A stretch of 64,000 nt of DNA from Lingula anatina (taxonomy: Eukaryota; Animalia; Brachiopoda), in the NCBI GenBank assembly GCA_051362555.1, contig CM120647.1, positions 6,138,001 to 6,202,000 on the forward strand. Reading direction: 5' to 3'. The notes beneath the pieces are model-generated. The model saw only the letters and a program-made list of their open reading frames with translations, searched no databases and was not told where the DNA came from. Below are positions 51,693 to 64,000 of the stretch, in pieces. The position numbers and the translations under genes are program-made. How positions within the stretch are numbered: the stretch's first letter is position 1; each line of letters starts with the position of its first letter.

Positions 51693-51839
51693 TGATGAGA
51701 CCCTGGAAATCGCAACGTGAAAACAAATCTGCTGGACAGCGAGAACTGCAGTGACCTGATAGTGCCGGGTTTGCCTGGGAAGAGCACTGACGATGATTTG
51801 AAGGCTTACTTCTCAGTTTGGGAAGTCAACATGGCACAG
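51693..51839 (+). pseudogene. decayed TDP-43 (TARDBP)-like exon: NLS linker plus first half of RRM1
   Basis: DETLE[-1 nt]NRNVKTNLLDSENCSDLIVPGLPGKSTDDDLKAYFSVWEVNMAQ|gt versus TDP-43 [32 protein letters not shown]|; frameshift and L>P, W>G changes; no other TDP-43 exon recognised. Confidence 0.75.
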
Positions 51840-54800
51840 GTACTCATTGCTACTCATTAAGATCACTGATATGGGTTTCTTCAAAAAACAAATTTTAAGT
51901 GAGTCTTTAATTTTAGACGAAAAGGATTCAAATGGAGCAATCCAGTTATTACTGGTATCGAATGATAGCAATTTCATTCTTCTAAAAAAATAATTACTAT
52001 TTTTTGTGTACAGCTAACGCCGCAGGCTGCTTTCGATACACAATTAATGAAAATTAAACAAACTAGACGACAATTCACTTTTGTTCATACTTGAAAATGT
52101 TGAAGTGTATCCCGATTTATAGAAAGCAGCATCTAATCATAATTCTTAACCATGCACCGTTATGAAACAATTCTGTCATCGCAAAAATGATGTCCCTCGG
52201 CCATTATCCACACTTTTAGGGATAATTCACTTTTCAATGTTAGTACATTTGGGGAGGGAGGTAAAAGGAAAACTAATGCTATTTTTCCTTTCTATCTACA
52301 GAATTCGATTATGGCAAGTCCTGATAGAGCCATGGTCTGTTTATAAGGTGGCTGCATGGGGGGACATCAGAAGCATATGGTGTTTCACTGAAATGGAAAC
52401 CTTTCAAGCCATAAAAGGTAACTCATATTATTGCGAAGAATAGTACACTAAAGTCATTTTCGTATCTTTCAAATATTTTTAGATAAAGCCCTAAGCCACA
52501 TTAATTTTACAGCTTACTTTCACAATTAAGGTAGTGTATCTTCACCTTGACCCACTTCTGGAATGAAAAATATTAGTGGGTTGGGTGGGAGGAAGCGGTA
52601 AATGGGGAAACTAATGTCTTCTAAATTTCTGCTTTGAAGTTGAGGCAGATAGCATTGGCGAGCGCCTAATGGTCCACTTTTGCGATGTTAAAATGGAGAA
52701 AGCTATATCAGCATATGGGATTTCAAAAGCCCTTGTCTAGTTGTGATACCATTGGGATATAGGACCCTTTAAGGTAAGTTATGGGCGAGGGTAGAGGGTG
52801 AATCATTAACTTAATTTGTCATTCATTCTGTAGATATTACGAATCATATGTCAAAGCAAATTCAACAAACTGGACATTTTGTGCAAGGTCTTACACACAA
52901 TTGTTTTAAATTAGACTGTTTGGAAACTGTTGTCTAGTCACTAAATATAGACATTTGTTTTCTATTTACAATTTACTCAACGAAATCCATATAGCAGACA
53001 TTTTAGAATCCAAAAACTCTTTTAATTTGTCACAAACTTGAAAAAAAAAAACTCGTGCAAAAAAAGAGAACAAACTCATTTTAGTAGTCAACGCCCTTTT
53101 CATTTGTCACAAACTTGCAAAAAAATCACTCATGCAAAATATTTTGACATCCAGCTTTCAGATTTTCATCAGTCTCAATGTGACACATGTGGCGTTGTCA
53201 CTGGTCTAGAATACTAGGGGCTACTACCCCCCAACCTCGCCCTCAGTGCTGCGGTTGTGGTACTAAGAGGCCATTGTACAAGTGAGCGTGTTTTTTCATC
53301 TCTTTATGTTGTTCAGATCGTCAAGCGTTTTCGTGATTCATATGCCTACCTTTATCCCTCTTATTCTCTAGTCACTTTCTTTTTGTACAATGTTAACACT
53401 CTTCTAAATCATAATGTGGATTTCTTGTGTTGTGTTCTAGAAGTGGGATGAATGAAATAAGAAAATTAATTAATCGCGTAAAGGACCAAAACCTTGTGAA
53501 ACATCAAAATGATTACTAGTTTTAATTGTGTGTAAATACCAGTGACATACATGTTCAAAGTTGAAAGTTTTCAATCGCTTTTCATACTTTTTTGTAAACA
53601 AGTTGCATTCTATTTGTAGGCTACATGTACGAAAGGGCAGTTTTCCAGAAATAATGCCCAAACTCGGATGCCATCAATCCTAGCCTAAAGTCCAAGACGT
53701 GAAACACTTAATGGCGTTATCAACTATCCCCTGGGGTCACTTTCATTGATGATCGGACGTCCTAGTTGTCTTGGTTTTTAAGGACACAGCTTGTCTGCAA
53801 ATAAATTTAGAGAATGTGGAATGGTTATGAAGAGCGATATACTGAATGTAAGAGGAATGCAAACTAATAATGTACTCGAGTCTTTTGGATATTGATGATA
53901 TTTGCAATTCAAGGGTCACGGATGAGTCGGCTGTGATTGCATATAGTACGTTTTATATTTTCACTTTTATTGCAATAGCTTACGAGAAAGCTGAATTTCA
54001 AGATGATCATTCATAATTCTATTAATGTTCAATTGAATAAGATGAATTGTGGTTCTGTATTAAAATTTTAAGTCTTCCTCCACAGGTATTATAATTATTT
54101 TAAAAATTAAATTGAATATGCAGATGCGTTATCCACATTCTAAGTGCAGATAGGTTTTCGCTCACAAAACATTGGTATCACCACCACTTATGGTCATCTG
54201 TGTTTTATTTCAATCTTAGTGATGTAGTCAATTTTCAAATTTGTGCTGTTGATGATGTGGAGTTGTTCGTCAGTATAGCGTTTGAGAAGATCATAATCCG
54301 CACACTAATCTCAACTAACCCTCACATCTTTGTAAAATCTGACTTCATGTAAATGCTTTTACATGAAGAGGTTTTACATTGATAGATTGTGCAAAACATA
54401 TAATGAAATATTTTAGTTTGAGAAAATATTTCATTATATTTTTTGTACACAGTCTGCTCCTCGTGGGGGATGGCTGGATGCATTCAGGCATCTCTCAAGA
54501 TAGAGGATCGCACATTACTAATATCACTAATATTATGATTTTCTCAAGTGTTATAGTTGACAAATATATCCAATTCATCACATATGCACCTTTTTTCTGG
54601 ATCGAAAAATTCTTTTTGAAATTTACATGGACGGCCATTAAGTGTAATGTGAGATCTGAAATATTTCAAAGCAAGCTTGCTTTAATCTTTACTTGTATTA
54701 TAAAAGTACAATGTAGTTGCGATTGCAGGGTAAAATTACATTTGAGAAACTTATTTTAAACCGAGTTTTATGTCCAAGTTTAGTTTAAATCATAGGTGTT

Positions 54801-57099
54801 TGGGTAATGATCATATTACCTGAACTTTTTATTTTTTATCATTAAAAAGAACTATATTCAAGTTTTGATGGATGCTTTTAGTTGTAAAAGGGTTTAGTCA
54901 CTATTTATGACTTCATCTCCCTAGATATAGTTTAAATTAGGCTGTTTAATTGTGTTAAGATCCTAGTAAATGTTTTAAATGGCGTCAGTACCTCTTTCTG
55001 TGGAAATTACTTTAGCAAATTCTTGTGCTTCATCTTGTGTACCAGTATAGTGTATATAGAGAAAAGTTTGTAGTCATGAGAGTTTTTTCAGCTGCACCAT
55101 GCTGTCTAAAACGGGGCGATATTCTTGAACTGTAAGGCGCCGTCCCAATAAAAAACTGAAGTTATCATGTTATAAAAATTGAAGTATCCGGGCGTGGGCA
55201 CTTTCCCGGCATTCCCCACGAAGGGTTTAGACGGGTTTTTCCCCACGGCCCGCAAGCATCGGGTACCAGCTTACTACCACAAGAGCAGCATTATAGGACT
55301 GTATGCGGTCTGATGTTACATGATAAAGACAGGAATGGAAATCTTATACTTTAAATAATACTAACATTTATTGATTTATTTCGTTTACATGATTCATAAA
55401 TGATTGCTAAAGCACTTTTGAAATTGAATGTTACTGTATATAATAGATTAATAAAAAATATATTCTGTAATTTTTTTTTCTTTTTGTTCAATAAAAAAAA
55501 CCGGAAGGCCTGTACAGATGGCAAAATAATCACCAGATTTGTGAATTAATGTTAGTGGAGTTGCCTGCATGTGCACGCGATTCGTTTAATTGTCAGTCGA
55601 AATTGTCTTCTATTCAATTGCCCCTTATTTCGTTTAAACTTTTTTTAACTTTGGCGCTTTCTGTCACTCCGGTTTCTTCCATAAAACCGGCAATGTCCAG
55701 ATAATAAATTGATTTTTTTTTTGGTTCTAAAAATAAAACTGCGGCGTTGAGGAACTTTTTTCTCCGGAAATAACTCGAGCCGATACCTAGACTTTCCTGA
55801 GTCGGATTACAGCCCCTAGAATTAACTATCCTAAATGAATAAGAACTCAAATCCTCTTGATGTTAGTGAAGGGGTACATTATATATAGGAGCGGATTCAG
55901 GATTTTCTAGAGAAGGGGTTCGTTTTTATTGATCCCCTCACCCCACCAAAAAAAAGCACTTTTTAAAATTCAATGTATTGACGGAACGATTCAAGTTAAG
56001 CATTAAACAACTTAATTAAAGATTAATATATTAAGATTAAGCTCATTAAATTCACGATGAAGGACTCGGATATTTTCGTATCCGTGGCTAAATGAAAATG
56101 AGGTCCGTTGCCTGTAACAAGAATGGGTATGGGTTCCTATTGAAAATGTGGACTTGGAGCAGACAAAATCGATAATTGCTGAAAGAACGGCGACTCTCTA
56201 GTTTTATACAGGAATCTTCATGAACTTCTTCATTTCTCCACTAAGAATTCTCAAATTTATTTATTTATCTATTTTTTATTTTGCTCTGTTTTGTTTAAAG
56301 AGAGAAAGGAATAGCTGAAACTACAGCGTGGGTGATTTTGCGGTTTTCTTTTTGTAAATTTATCAGCTTTACCAATGTATTATTTTCCACTGAAAAAATG
56401 GCGCCAAAAATGTGATTTTCTAAAAATGAGACTCTATCGCGTGCATAAAGCATATTATCAATTTTTGTCTGTCTTTATCAATATCACATATCCGTTTGCC
56501 TACAGAGGCTGAAAAGTAGAATGGGGCGTACGAGGCCCGCTGAAACTGGGGTGAAGAATTATACGCAGTATGTCGGCGAATTTTGTCAGCGTTATTTGAT
56601 CGGAGAGATGGTGTCGACAGTGACTGCGATGAACAAACAACGACAACGTGATTTGTTTATGCCAACGCAATAGTAAATACAACTTTATTTATTTGTCTAA
56701 CACAATTACAAAACGAAATCATGCCGAATGAAGCAAACTAAATTTACAAATGATGATCAATGCAATTGATTAACTTGTGAGGTGGCCTTTCCGGAGCAAT
56801 AATACAACTAGAACCCTGTATGCAACGTAGAGGAACACAAGATGGACATTTACTTCTTTCATCAAAGGGTAATTACGTCACCCGATACACGATACTGACA
56901 GAGAAGTGAGAGGGGGCGGTGAAAGAATCCACGTTGCTTGTCACCCATGGCCATCTCAATGTCACCCTTGCCTTTGGTCTCTGTTGCTTGGGCTCTATTT
57001 TGCGTGTGCTGGGAGTAGCCCATGTTAATTCATTGCCAGCTGGAACTTTGATTTTCTGTGACCTTTGCCGTCTGAAGCCTTTAATTTAAATTGCCTCCC

Positions 57100-57420
57100 G
57101 CCTTAACTTCCTGGTTTCTTTATTTCCTGGTGCCTTAATTGCCTGGATTCTTTATTTCCTGGTGCCTTAACTTCCTGGTTTCGTTATTTCCTGGTGCCTT
57201 CATTGCCTGGGTCCATCATTTCCTGACTTTTATCTTTACCCTTTGATGTTTGTGCTTTCCGGTGCCTGGTGCCTTTATTTTCTGAAGTCTTTCTGTCTGG
57301 AGCCTTCATTTTCATAGGAATTTATTTCCCGGAACTTGCACTTCCTGCTTTATTTATTTCCTGCATGGTGCCTTAACTGCTTGGTGCCTGAATTGCCTAG
57401 GCCCTTTATTTCCTGGGACC
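57100..57420. repeat. degenerate 32-bp minisatellite
   Basis: ctttatttcctggtgccttaattgcctggatt units. Confidence 0.7.
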
Positions 57421-58236
57421 GCCACTGCCTGGGGACTGATTTAATTTGGGATCTTAACTGCCACACGATAGAGTCTATAACTTGGCCAGTATTACCAATG
57501 GAGGCGAGGGTGGTAAGCTCCTTATAGAACTTCATGCAAAAGTAATTTATGGAAAATATCAAAGAATCTCCAAACATTTATTTGTGACCATATAAAGTTT
57601 TCAAATAAATATTCATATAAAGTATTATGTGAGCGGTAATGTAGTGCGTTTTACAAACAGTGCCGATTTAGAATAAATGATTGCCTACGCATATCTGTCC
57701 TTAAGTCAGAAAATAATATGTAGGCTGTTTCAGGTACACAAATACCAACAAAATCGAGTGCTCATGGGAGAACAGAAGGGTATTTCTTACTGTCAAATCA
57801 AACAAAATTAAATAGTAATAAATTCCATGAGGTATTTCCAAAAAGATTCATGGGATAAATTGTAAAAAAAGTGGCACTTAAACTGTAACCTTTTTTGTAT
57901 AACTTAACATTATTAATACTGTTACAGTTAAATGTCTCCATGTACATACAAAATGTTTGGTGTTTGGCATTATGGAGCATAATTAGCCTAAAACAGCTGT
58001 TTAGACAACACAATCTATTTCATTAAAAAGCTAAGCTTTAACTAGTGAGTCCCCATCGTCTTTCTGATAATTCGGGTAGCTGATGACCCTAAATTTTCAG
58101 TCTAAAACACCACCCGTGTGAACGCAATTACATTGCTTAAGAAAAAGAAAAGACATTAAAAACAAACAAAAATACTATAACTTAATAAGCACAAAAAACA
58201 AAACAAAACAAAGTAATAAGTCCAAAAATGTTGCAT

Positions 58237-59410
58237 TTACTGGGTAGGGACGCCCACTTTCATCCTATGATTCCTCATCGCGTGGGCGTGCCAGTCCAGC
58301 TCTTGCACCATCTCCAGCGCACTCTCCCGCATGCGCTTGTTCAGCGGTTCGCCGTCCGCGTCGATGGCCTCGTGCACTTGCGGGATGCCGAAGATACTGG
58401 GGACGCTCATGCAGCCGAGAACTCCGAGAAAACTGCGCAGCTGCATGGCGGCTCTGACCCCAGCTGTCTGACCTAGACACGAATGAAAATAAGATATAAA
58501 AAATTTGACCATTTTTAACAATTCTTCAATGTTACTGAGAGAGAGAGAGAGAGAGAGAGAGAATGTGTGTGTGTGGGGGGGGGGGGGAGGGGTTAAACAT
58601 TCAGATATCAAATAGCGGCCGGGCGATCTACCATACCCGCCCACCCACCCACCCCCAACCCAATTACTGTGCTTGAGATGTGGTGAGAAAAAATGTGTGT
58701 TGGGGTAGATGGACGGCAAAACCCAAGCCGCTAAAACCCATCCCCACCTCCCGCTCTTGGTTGAGATTTTCAACATCATGTTAACATTGTGTTAAGTGAG
58801 CCTTTCAACTATTGCAATCACCACTCCAAAACAAATTGCATGTCATTTTTTTCGACTCTCTTACACTATGTTTATTCTGTTGTTTCTTCCGCAAGAATGC
58901 TCATTGAAATCGTTTTAATGCAGCAAGACTATGGTAATGATTTGGGAGTGGTGTTATACATTTGTACTTAAAACAACCCCCCCCCCCCTCCCACACACAC
59001 ACACAGAAGAATCGCAAAAATGACCACTCACCCGGAGAATAACTGACAATCCCGCTCGGCTTATAGGCGTACACTGACGGGCTAAAATGGTCCATCATAT
59101 TGGACAACGCTGGCGGGATGCTATGGTTATATTCGGCAGAGACGACCACAAAGGCATCAGCCTCCTGTATCTTGGCGTTACAGTCCTGTAGAAACTGGGG
59201 CGCGTCTGACGGATCATCATAATGGTGAAAGGCCTTCTTTAGCAATGGGAAGTCGATCTCTTTTGGATCTGGAGGAGAAGGGGGGATGGTACTATTAGAA
59301 AGAGGCGATATCAAATGAAAATTGACCTCGTCTGCTCATAAAAGTGTATTGTAATTAATTAAAATGGTCCGCTTCTGTTTTATATTTACCAAGATAGTGA
59401 GTCAAAATTT

Positions 59411-59443
<33 letters not shown>

Positions 59444-59806
59444 TGAACATTTATAATAGGCGTAAGATGCAAACATTTGAACTTATTTAGAAAAAAAATT
59501 AATTTTAGTTTTTCTTATAACCAGTGATCGTTGAGTAATTGTTTAAGAAATGCAATGAGAACTAAAAATTTAAACTGGTAGAATAATTCTGGAAAAAAAT
59601 AATAATAACACTTATATTCTTAATTTAATTGGCAAATATGACATTTAAAAAAAATACATCTATAATTTTAATCATTTACCCATGACTTCCACTTCGTGGT
59701 CCGTTTCCTCCAAGATTTTTTTCATGAAGATCCCGACACGTTCCCCAATACGGTTTTCCCGCACGGTCCCTAGGAACATGATAACTTTAAGCTTGTTGAC
59801 GGCCAT
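58237..59806 (-). CDS. NAD(P)H-dependent FMN reductase / quinone reductase, paralog B, 199 aa
   Basis: Exons 59806-59680, 59268-59032 and 58472-58237; exon 1 and 2 lengths (127, 237 nt) and intron phases identical to paralog A; [32 protein letters not shown]. Confidence 0.93.
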
Positions 59807-60870
59807 CTTAGATCCCCTATATCCGCAGAATTCTGACTGAATTGGAATAAAAAAGAAACCAGTAATGAAAATGACGGCGATCGGGATAGTCCTACTTAAC
59901 TCATTTCGGTTTGCTCCTGGGCATAAGAGTATTTGCATAGTTGGCTTTTTTGGTATTCGGCTTCCGTCGACCTCTTTCTTAAAGCTTCCACTGGCGTATG
60001 TAGCTGTAATTAAACATATCATTTCATAACGGATCTCATTAATATCAGAACAGATCAACGGTAAATATATCGTTATCCAAATTTGACCGTATTTGGACAA
60101 GTGCTATTCTTCAATACCCTCTACCAGATTGATTTTTCACTAGATATTCGCAGATATGTCTCTGGCTAATTCGTGACACACGGAGAAATGTGCACATAAT
60201 TAATCTACGGACCTGGTGGAGAGCAATTTTTTTAACATGAAGCCACCTGTACACACTTTTGTGGGCCCTATCTTTTAATTCTCTGTGAAAAATTAAAAAA
60301 AAACTTCGCTTGGGAATACAGACAATGTGGAGAAACCGTTTCATTGCTTTAAGAGAAGTTATAGAAACTATAGTACGTTGGTAGTTTTGTGCAATATATA
60401 AGAACAAATAAAAATTACGCATGACCAAAAACTGTTTTTTTATATTTTTGTAAGTTTATTTTTCATATCCAAATTCCCTAAAGTTACCCCATGAGTTTCA
60501 GGGTTACTGTTACCTAGATTTACAACTACTGGCTGATAGTAAATAGATGAGTTTCCAAGAAGGGAGCTTTTAAACTAGGGGTGAGCGATAACTGATAATG
60601 CCTTTTCAGTTTTTTAATCGTTTGTATCAATTAAGATTCTAAGATTTACCGGAGTGACAGGAATGCTAGCCCGCTTGGGACCGTAGTTCGTTTTTCGTTG
60701 CTTCGTACAGGTGACGTTCGTTCCATATTCTGACCTTCTGACTCCGATACTTCCGACTTATCCTAACCTGTACAGATCATATATAACGGGAACCCGGACT
60801 TCCATACCTGTCAGCATTTACGATTGCCAGAAAGGGAGATTCCCTCGCACGCCCTATGTTCCCCACCCCT

Positions 60871-60907
60871 ACACACACACACACACACACACACACCCAC
60901 ACACACA

Positions 60908-60942
<35 letters not shown>

Positions 60943-61081
60943 AAAAAACGTGACTAAAGTCACCTCAGCAGAGAGAAATGTCTGGCAGATCGGGAAATTT
61001 TTAGTCTGAATCGGGAGACTTCCTACTTGATCGTTATATTCTGGTTGTTTCCTTTATTTCAAAGGTACTTTAAGGTACTTT

Positions 61082-61124
<43 letters not shown>

Positions 61125-61146
61125 AGAGAGCACGAGGGGGGGGGGG
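60871..61146. repeat. (CA)n, poly-A, (GA)n and poly-G tracts
   Basis: Directly visible; similar tracts at 4418-4465 (TTTA), 19306-19358 (TTTA) and 47151-47185 (CA). Confidence 0.9.
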
Positions 61147-61165
61147 TGTCACCGTATGCAAATAT

Positions 61166-61337
61166 CAGGGGCGGATCCAGAAATATTTTCTGACAGTCTT
61201 TCAAATTATCTTTGTTGTTCCATCCTCAATTTTTGACCGTCTTCCGACAGAAAATATTACGTACCCATCAATGTAAACTTGAAAATCTAACCGTCTTCTA
61301 GAAGACCCAGAAGACGGCCTCAATTAATCCGCCCCTT
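61166..61337 (+). mobile_element. MITE family M1, copy 4
   Basis: caggggcggatcc...aatccgcccctt; TSD aatat. Confidence 0.8.
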
Positions 61338-62399
61338 AATATATAGCCAGGTTTAGAAAAGCGATGCAATCTACATGTATTATACTGCTTCAGATCTGAG
61401 GCGTCTCACGGTTTAGTTATCGTGATAGATCTCCACTCCTCATGTTCATTGATATCCCAGCTGTACTGTTAGCAGGCCTAATGTTATCATATTATTATCA
61501 TTCGATCCTTAATTGACATTGATCTTGATCTCTGTATCAATGATAACCTATTAAATCTTGTGTAATTATACTTTATAACCTTAACCTTGTTTTTGATTTG
61601 AGTTCGGTGACTTGTACTTGTAGGTTCACGGGGCCTGGTGATTTATATATTCACGTACATGACACGTTAAAAGATAAATAAAAACTGTACTATAGTAGGG
61701 GTGTACCGGGTATATATATTATAATGTCACTAGAAATTATTTATAATGTAAAATATTTACTCTTATTCATGAAATGGTTGCGCAATATAATAATAATTAT
61801 TATTATTATTATTAGTCAAATATGTTTTAAATGTTAATTTTGGCGAAAGGTCCACCTGTCCTCATGAGTTCCAATTCAACTGCGAATTTAGACAGTTTCT
61901 ATTTCTTTTATTGAAAAACATGTTTAAATTAATCGGAACCAATGGGTTCACGGTTGTTGTTTTAACTTTGTTTGGGTTCATTATAAACTGGAGCGTGCAT
62001 CGACCTTGCATTGTTATAGCAACAGAATAAAATTGTAAACACCGCCACCAAAAACTAGGTCAAAGAAGACGAGCCCAAACCGAATTGCCTTAAAATCCAT
62101 TAACACAAAAATCAATTAACGTTTTAGTAACACAAGAGAAACATCTATTCAACCAGTAGATTGTCTTCGTAATGCAGTTAACCTAGAAAGTCAGTGGGAA
62201 AGTCAACATCGCATAAATTTATTACAAGTCAATGGTTCATAAAAAACCTATCAGTTCATTTTCTGTGACATTAGTCAAGTCGTGGTTTGTGATAATGACA
62301 GGTGCACTATAATGACCTTTCAATTTCCCCCGTCAAAACAGACCCAGGCAGTCGCCATTCCGCATTCTATTTCAAACCATTAGTTTCCCATTTAGAGCC

Positions 62400-62625
62400 A
62401 GATCTGTTCTAATGCCCGCGGGACGAGGAAATTGTTCATTTTGGCCGTTAGATCGAAGGGAATTATTATCACCCGGGATAATTAGCGCAGGCGCATCGAG
62501 TTGTTTACGACTCTGAACCTAGATCACGTGATGCGAATATGGCTGCTGCCTTTCAGTAAAGAGAACAACACAGCCGCTGCAAGATTAATATAGATTTTTC
62601 TCCGGTTCAGGAATCGCGAGACCTT
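62400..62625 (+). promoter_or_regulatory. CpG-rich promoter of the IRS-like gene
   Basis: NRF1-like GCGCAGGCGCA at 62485, FoxO element TTGTTTAC at 62501-62508, E-box TCACGTGA at 62524, YY1-like AATATGGC at 62536. Confidence 0.55.
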
Positions 62626-62866
62626 GTGTGCTTCAAGTCTGACCAGCCTCCCCTTAATCTTTTCATCCAGGGGCGCTGAGGATTTTTCCTTTCGCTGGAA
62701 CATTTTGATCGGGCGTTTGTTATTGAGAGGGCAAGCTCTCTGGTGCGCCGACTCTCATTCATAAATTCCCGTGTGTAACATGTTTATCGGCGCCAGAAGG
62801 TACAAGGAAGAAGTTGTGTAATAAACAGACTCACGGAGGAGAAGGTGAAGGTGATTCAAAGGCAGG

Positions 62867-62923
62867 ATGGCGTCCACGGACTCGGGGGATATCCGAAAGC
62901 AGGGATATTTGAGGAAATTAAAG
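62867..62923 (+). CDS. first coding exon of a probable insulin receptor substrate (IRS/chico-like) gene, start of the PH domain; 3'-partial
   Basis: MASTDSGDIRKQGYLRKLK|gtgaga matches the IRS PH beta1 motif (DVRKxGYLRKxK); good Kozak context aggATGG; CpG-rich promoter upstream. Only 19 aa are visible. Confidence 0.72.
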
Positions 62924-64000
62924 GTGAGACTCGAGAAAAACAAGGGCCGTACGATACACATATGTAATGGAGTGAATGGCAGGTTCAAATTGCACCCTGT
63001 GTGTCATAGCGTAGAAATGTTCCTTTAACCTCCAAATCACAGGGTGACATAGTTTTACCGTGTAGATTGTACCGAGTAACCCAGAAAAACATATATAACG
63101 ATAAAAACAGATTGAATCAAAATTCCAGGTACTACTACTAGTACTCGAGTACTGATGGAGACGTTTCATTCATCCTTTATTGCCAGCACGTCCCTCTGTC
63201 TGTCATCCCGTCTATCTGTCTGTCTAGCTATCTATGGACATGTATATACACATACAGCACTGGAGTATAAGCCCATTGATAAAAAGTGAATTGTTCCTAA
63301 AGAAAAAAGCCTAAACCTGTTTTTTGCTAAGTACTCATGATTATGTGAGACATGGCATTGAGCCAATCATCAAAGAGCCGTTTTTTTTTTATCCTTCATT
63401 ATAAAGAGACAGTGAATGTTTTATCATGTAAGCCGATTGTCCTCTCGGTGTATTAAGTACTCTGTAGTTTTTTTCCCTCCAAGTCTGATGGAAATGGCAA
63501 ATCCCCTCCCCCCCCCCTGCATTCTGGTATTTACATATATGTTAAGTACATGTGATTTGCATATATGTGTTTAAGGTATATTAATTAATCACCATTATTA
63601 TAATTATTATTGAATAATTGATACTGTTAGTATTTTTGATTGATTGATTGGTCTGAAGAAACTGTGGTTCACCTAAATTAATATGTTTGTTCACATGTTC
63701 ACTTTTCTGGAAGCTTAATACAGTGTCATCAGAAAAAAAAAAGTTTTTTTATTGGGGATATTTTTTTAACTGCAGATGTTTTTAGATCTTCCTTGAAAAA
63801 TATCTGCCAAATTGGAAAATGACTTACTCTCTCTCTCTCAGTTAAATATCATATAGCAGTTGCAGGTACCATGTACATAAAATAGAAATCATCAAATCAT
63901 CATTCCCCTTTGTCATACGAGACTAGAAAACATGACAAAAACCCGTGTGAGGCTTAACTTTTTATTGATTTTGCCCAGAAAGGCATCTTAGAAAACAAAA

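Noticed and set aside
56600-57100. Possible solo LTR or retroelement fragment
   Set aside because: GC-richer with a minus-strand AATAAA, but I could not establish TG..CA ends with a TSD or any coding similarity.
59807-60100. 99-aa N-terminal extension of reductase B in ORF 59672..60100
   Set aside because: Paralog A aligns from MAGNK/MAVNK with an identical 127-nt exon; the extension has no recognisable features and is probably promoter or UTR.

Overview
AT-rich genomic DNA from an intron-rich animal, probably a marine invertebrate (inferred from gene content and repeat types). (1) 1301-36132 (+): the 3' two-thirds of a scribble (LAP4) gene, rebuilt from GT-AG exons with consistent phases: end of PDZ2, PDZ3, PDZ4, a long Ser/Pro/Thr-rich region carrying about ten SxIP-type motifs, the conserved VRTAKAE..EAEKRAAWRKARMKSLE C-terminal block and a candidate 12-nt microexon. 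(2) Two paralogous three-exon NAD(P)H-dependent FMN/quinone reductase genes on the minus strand (42201-44591 and 58237-59806). (3) Between them, an unrecognised plus-strand unit: a TATA+Inr promoter, seven tandem copies of a whole exon+intron, a decayed TDP-43 RRM1 exon and two older exon copies. (4) The promoter and first coding exon of a probable insulin receptor substrate gene (62867-62923). Introns and intergenic DNA hold nested Helentron/HINE-type elements (one with an 18 x 146-bp array showing a 5-mer higher-order repeat), several MITE families with 5-bp, TTA or TTAA target duplications, and microsatellites. All calls are by eye; no database searches were run.
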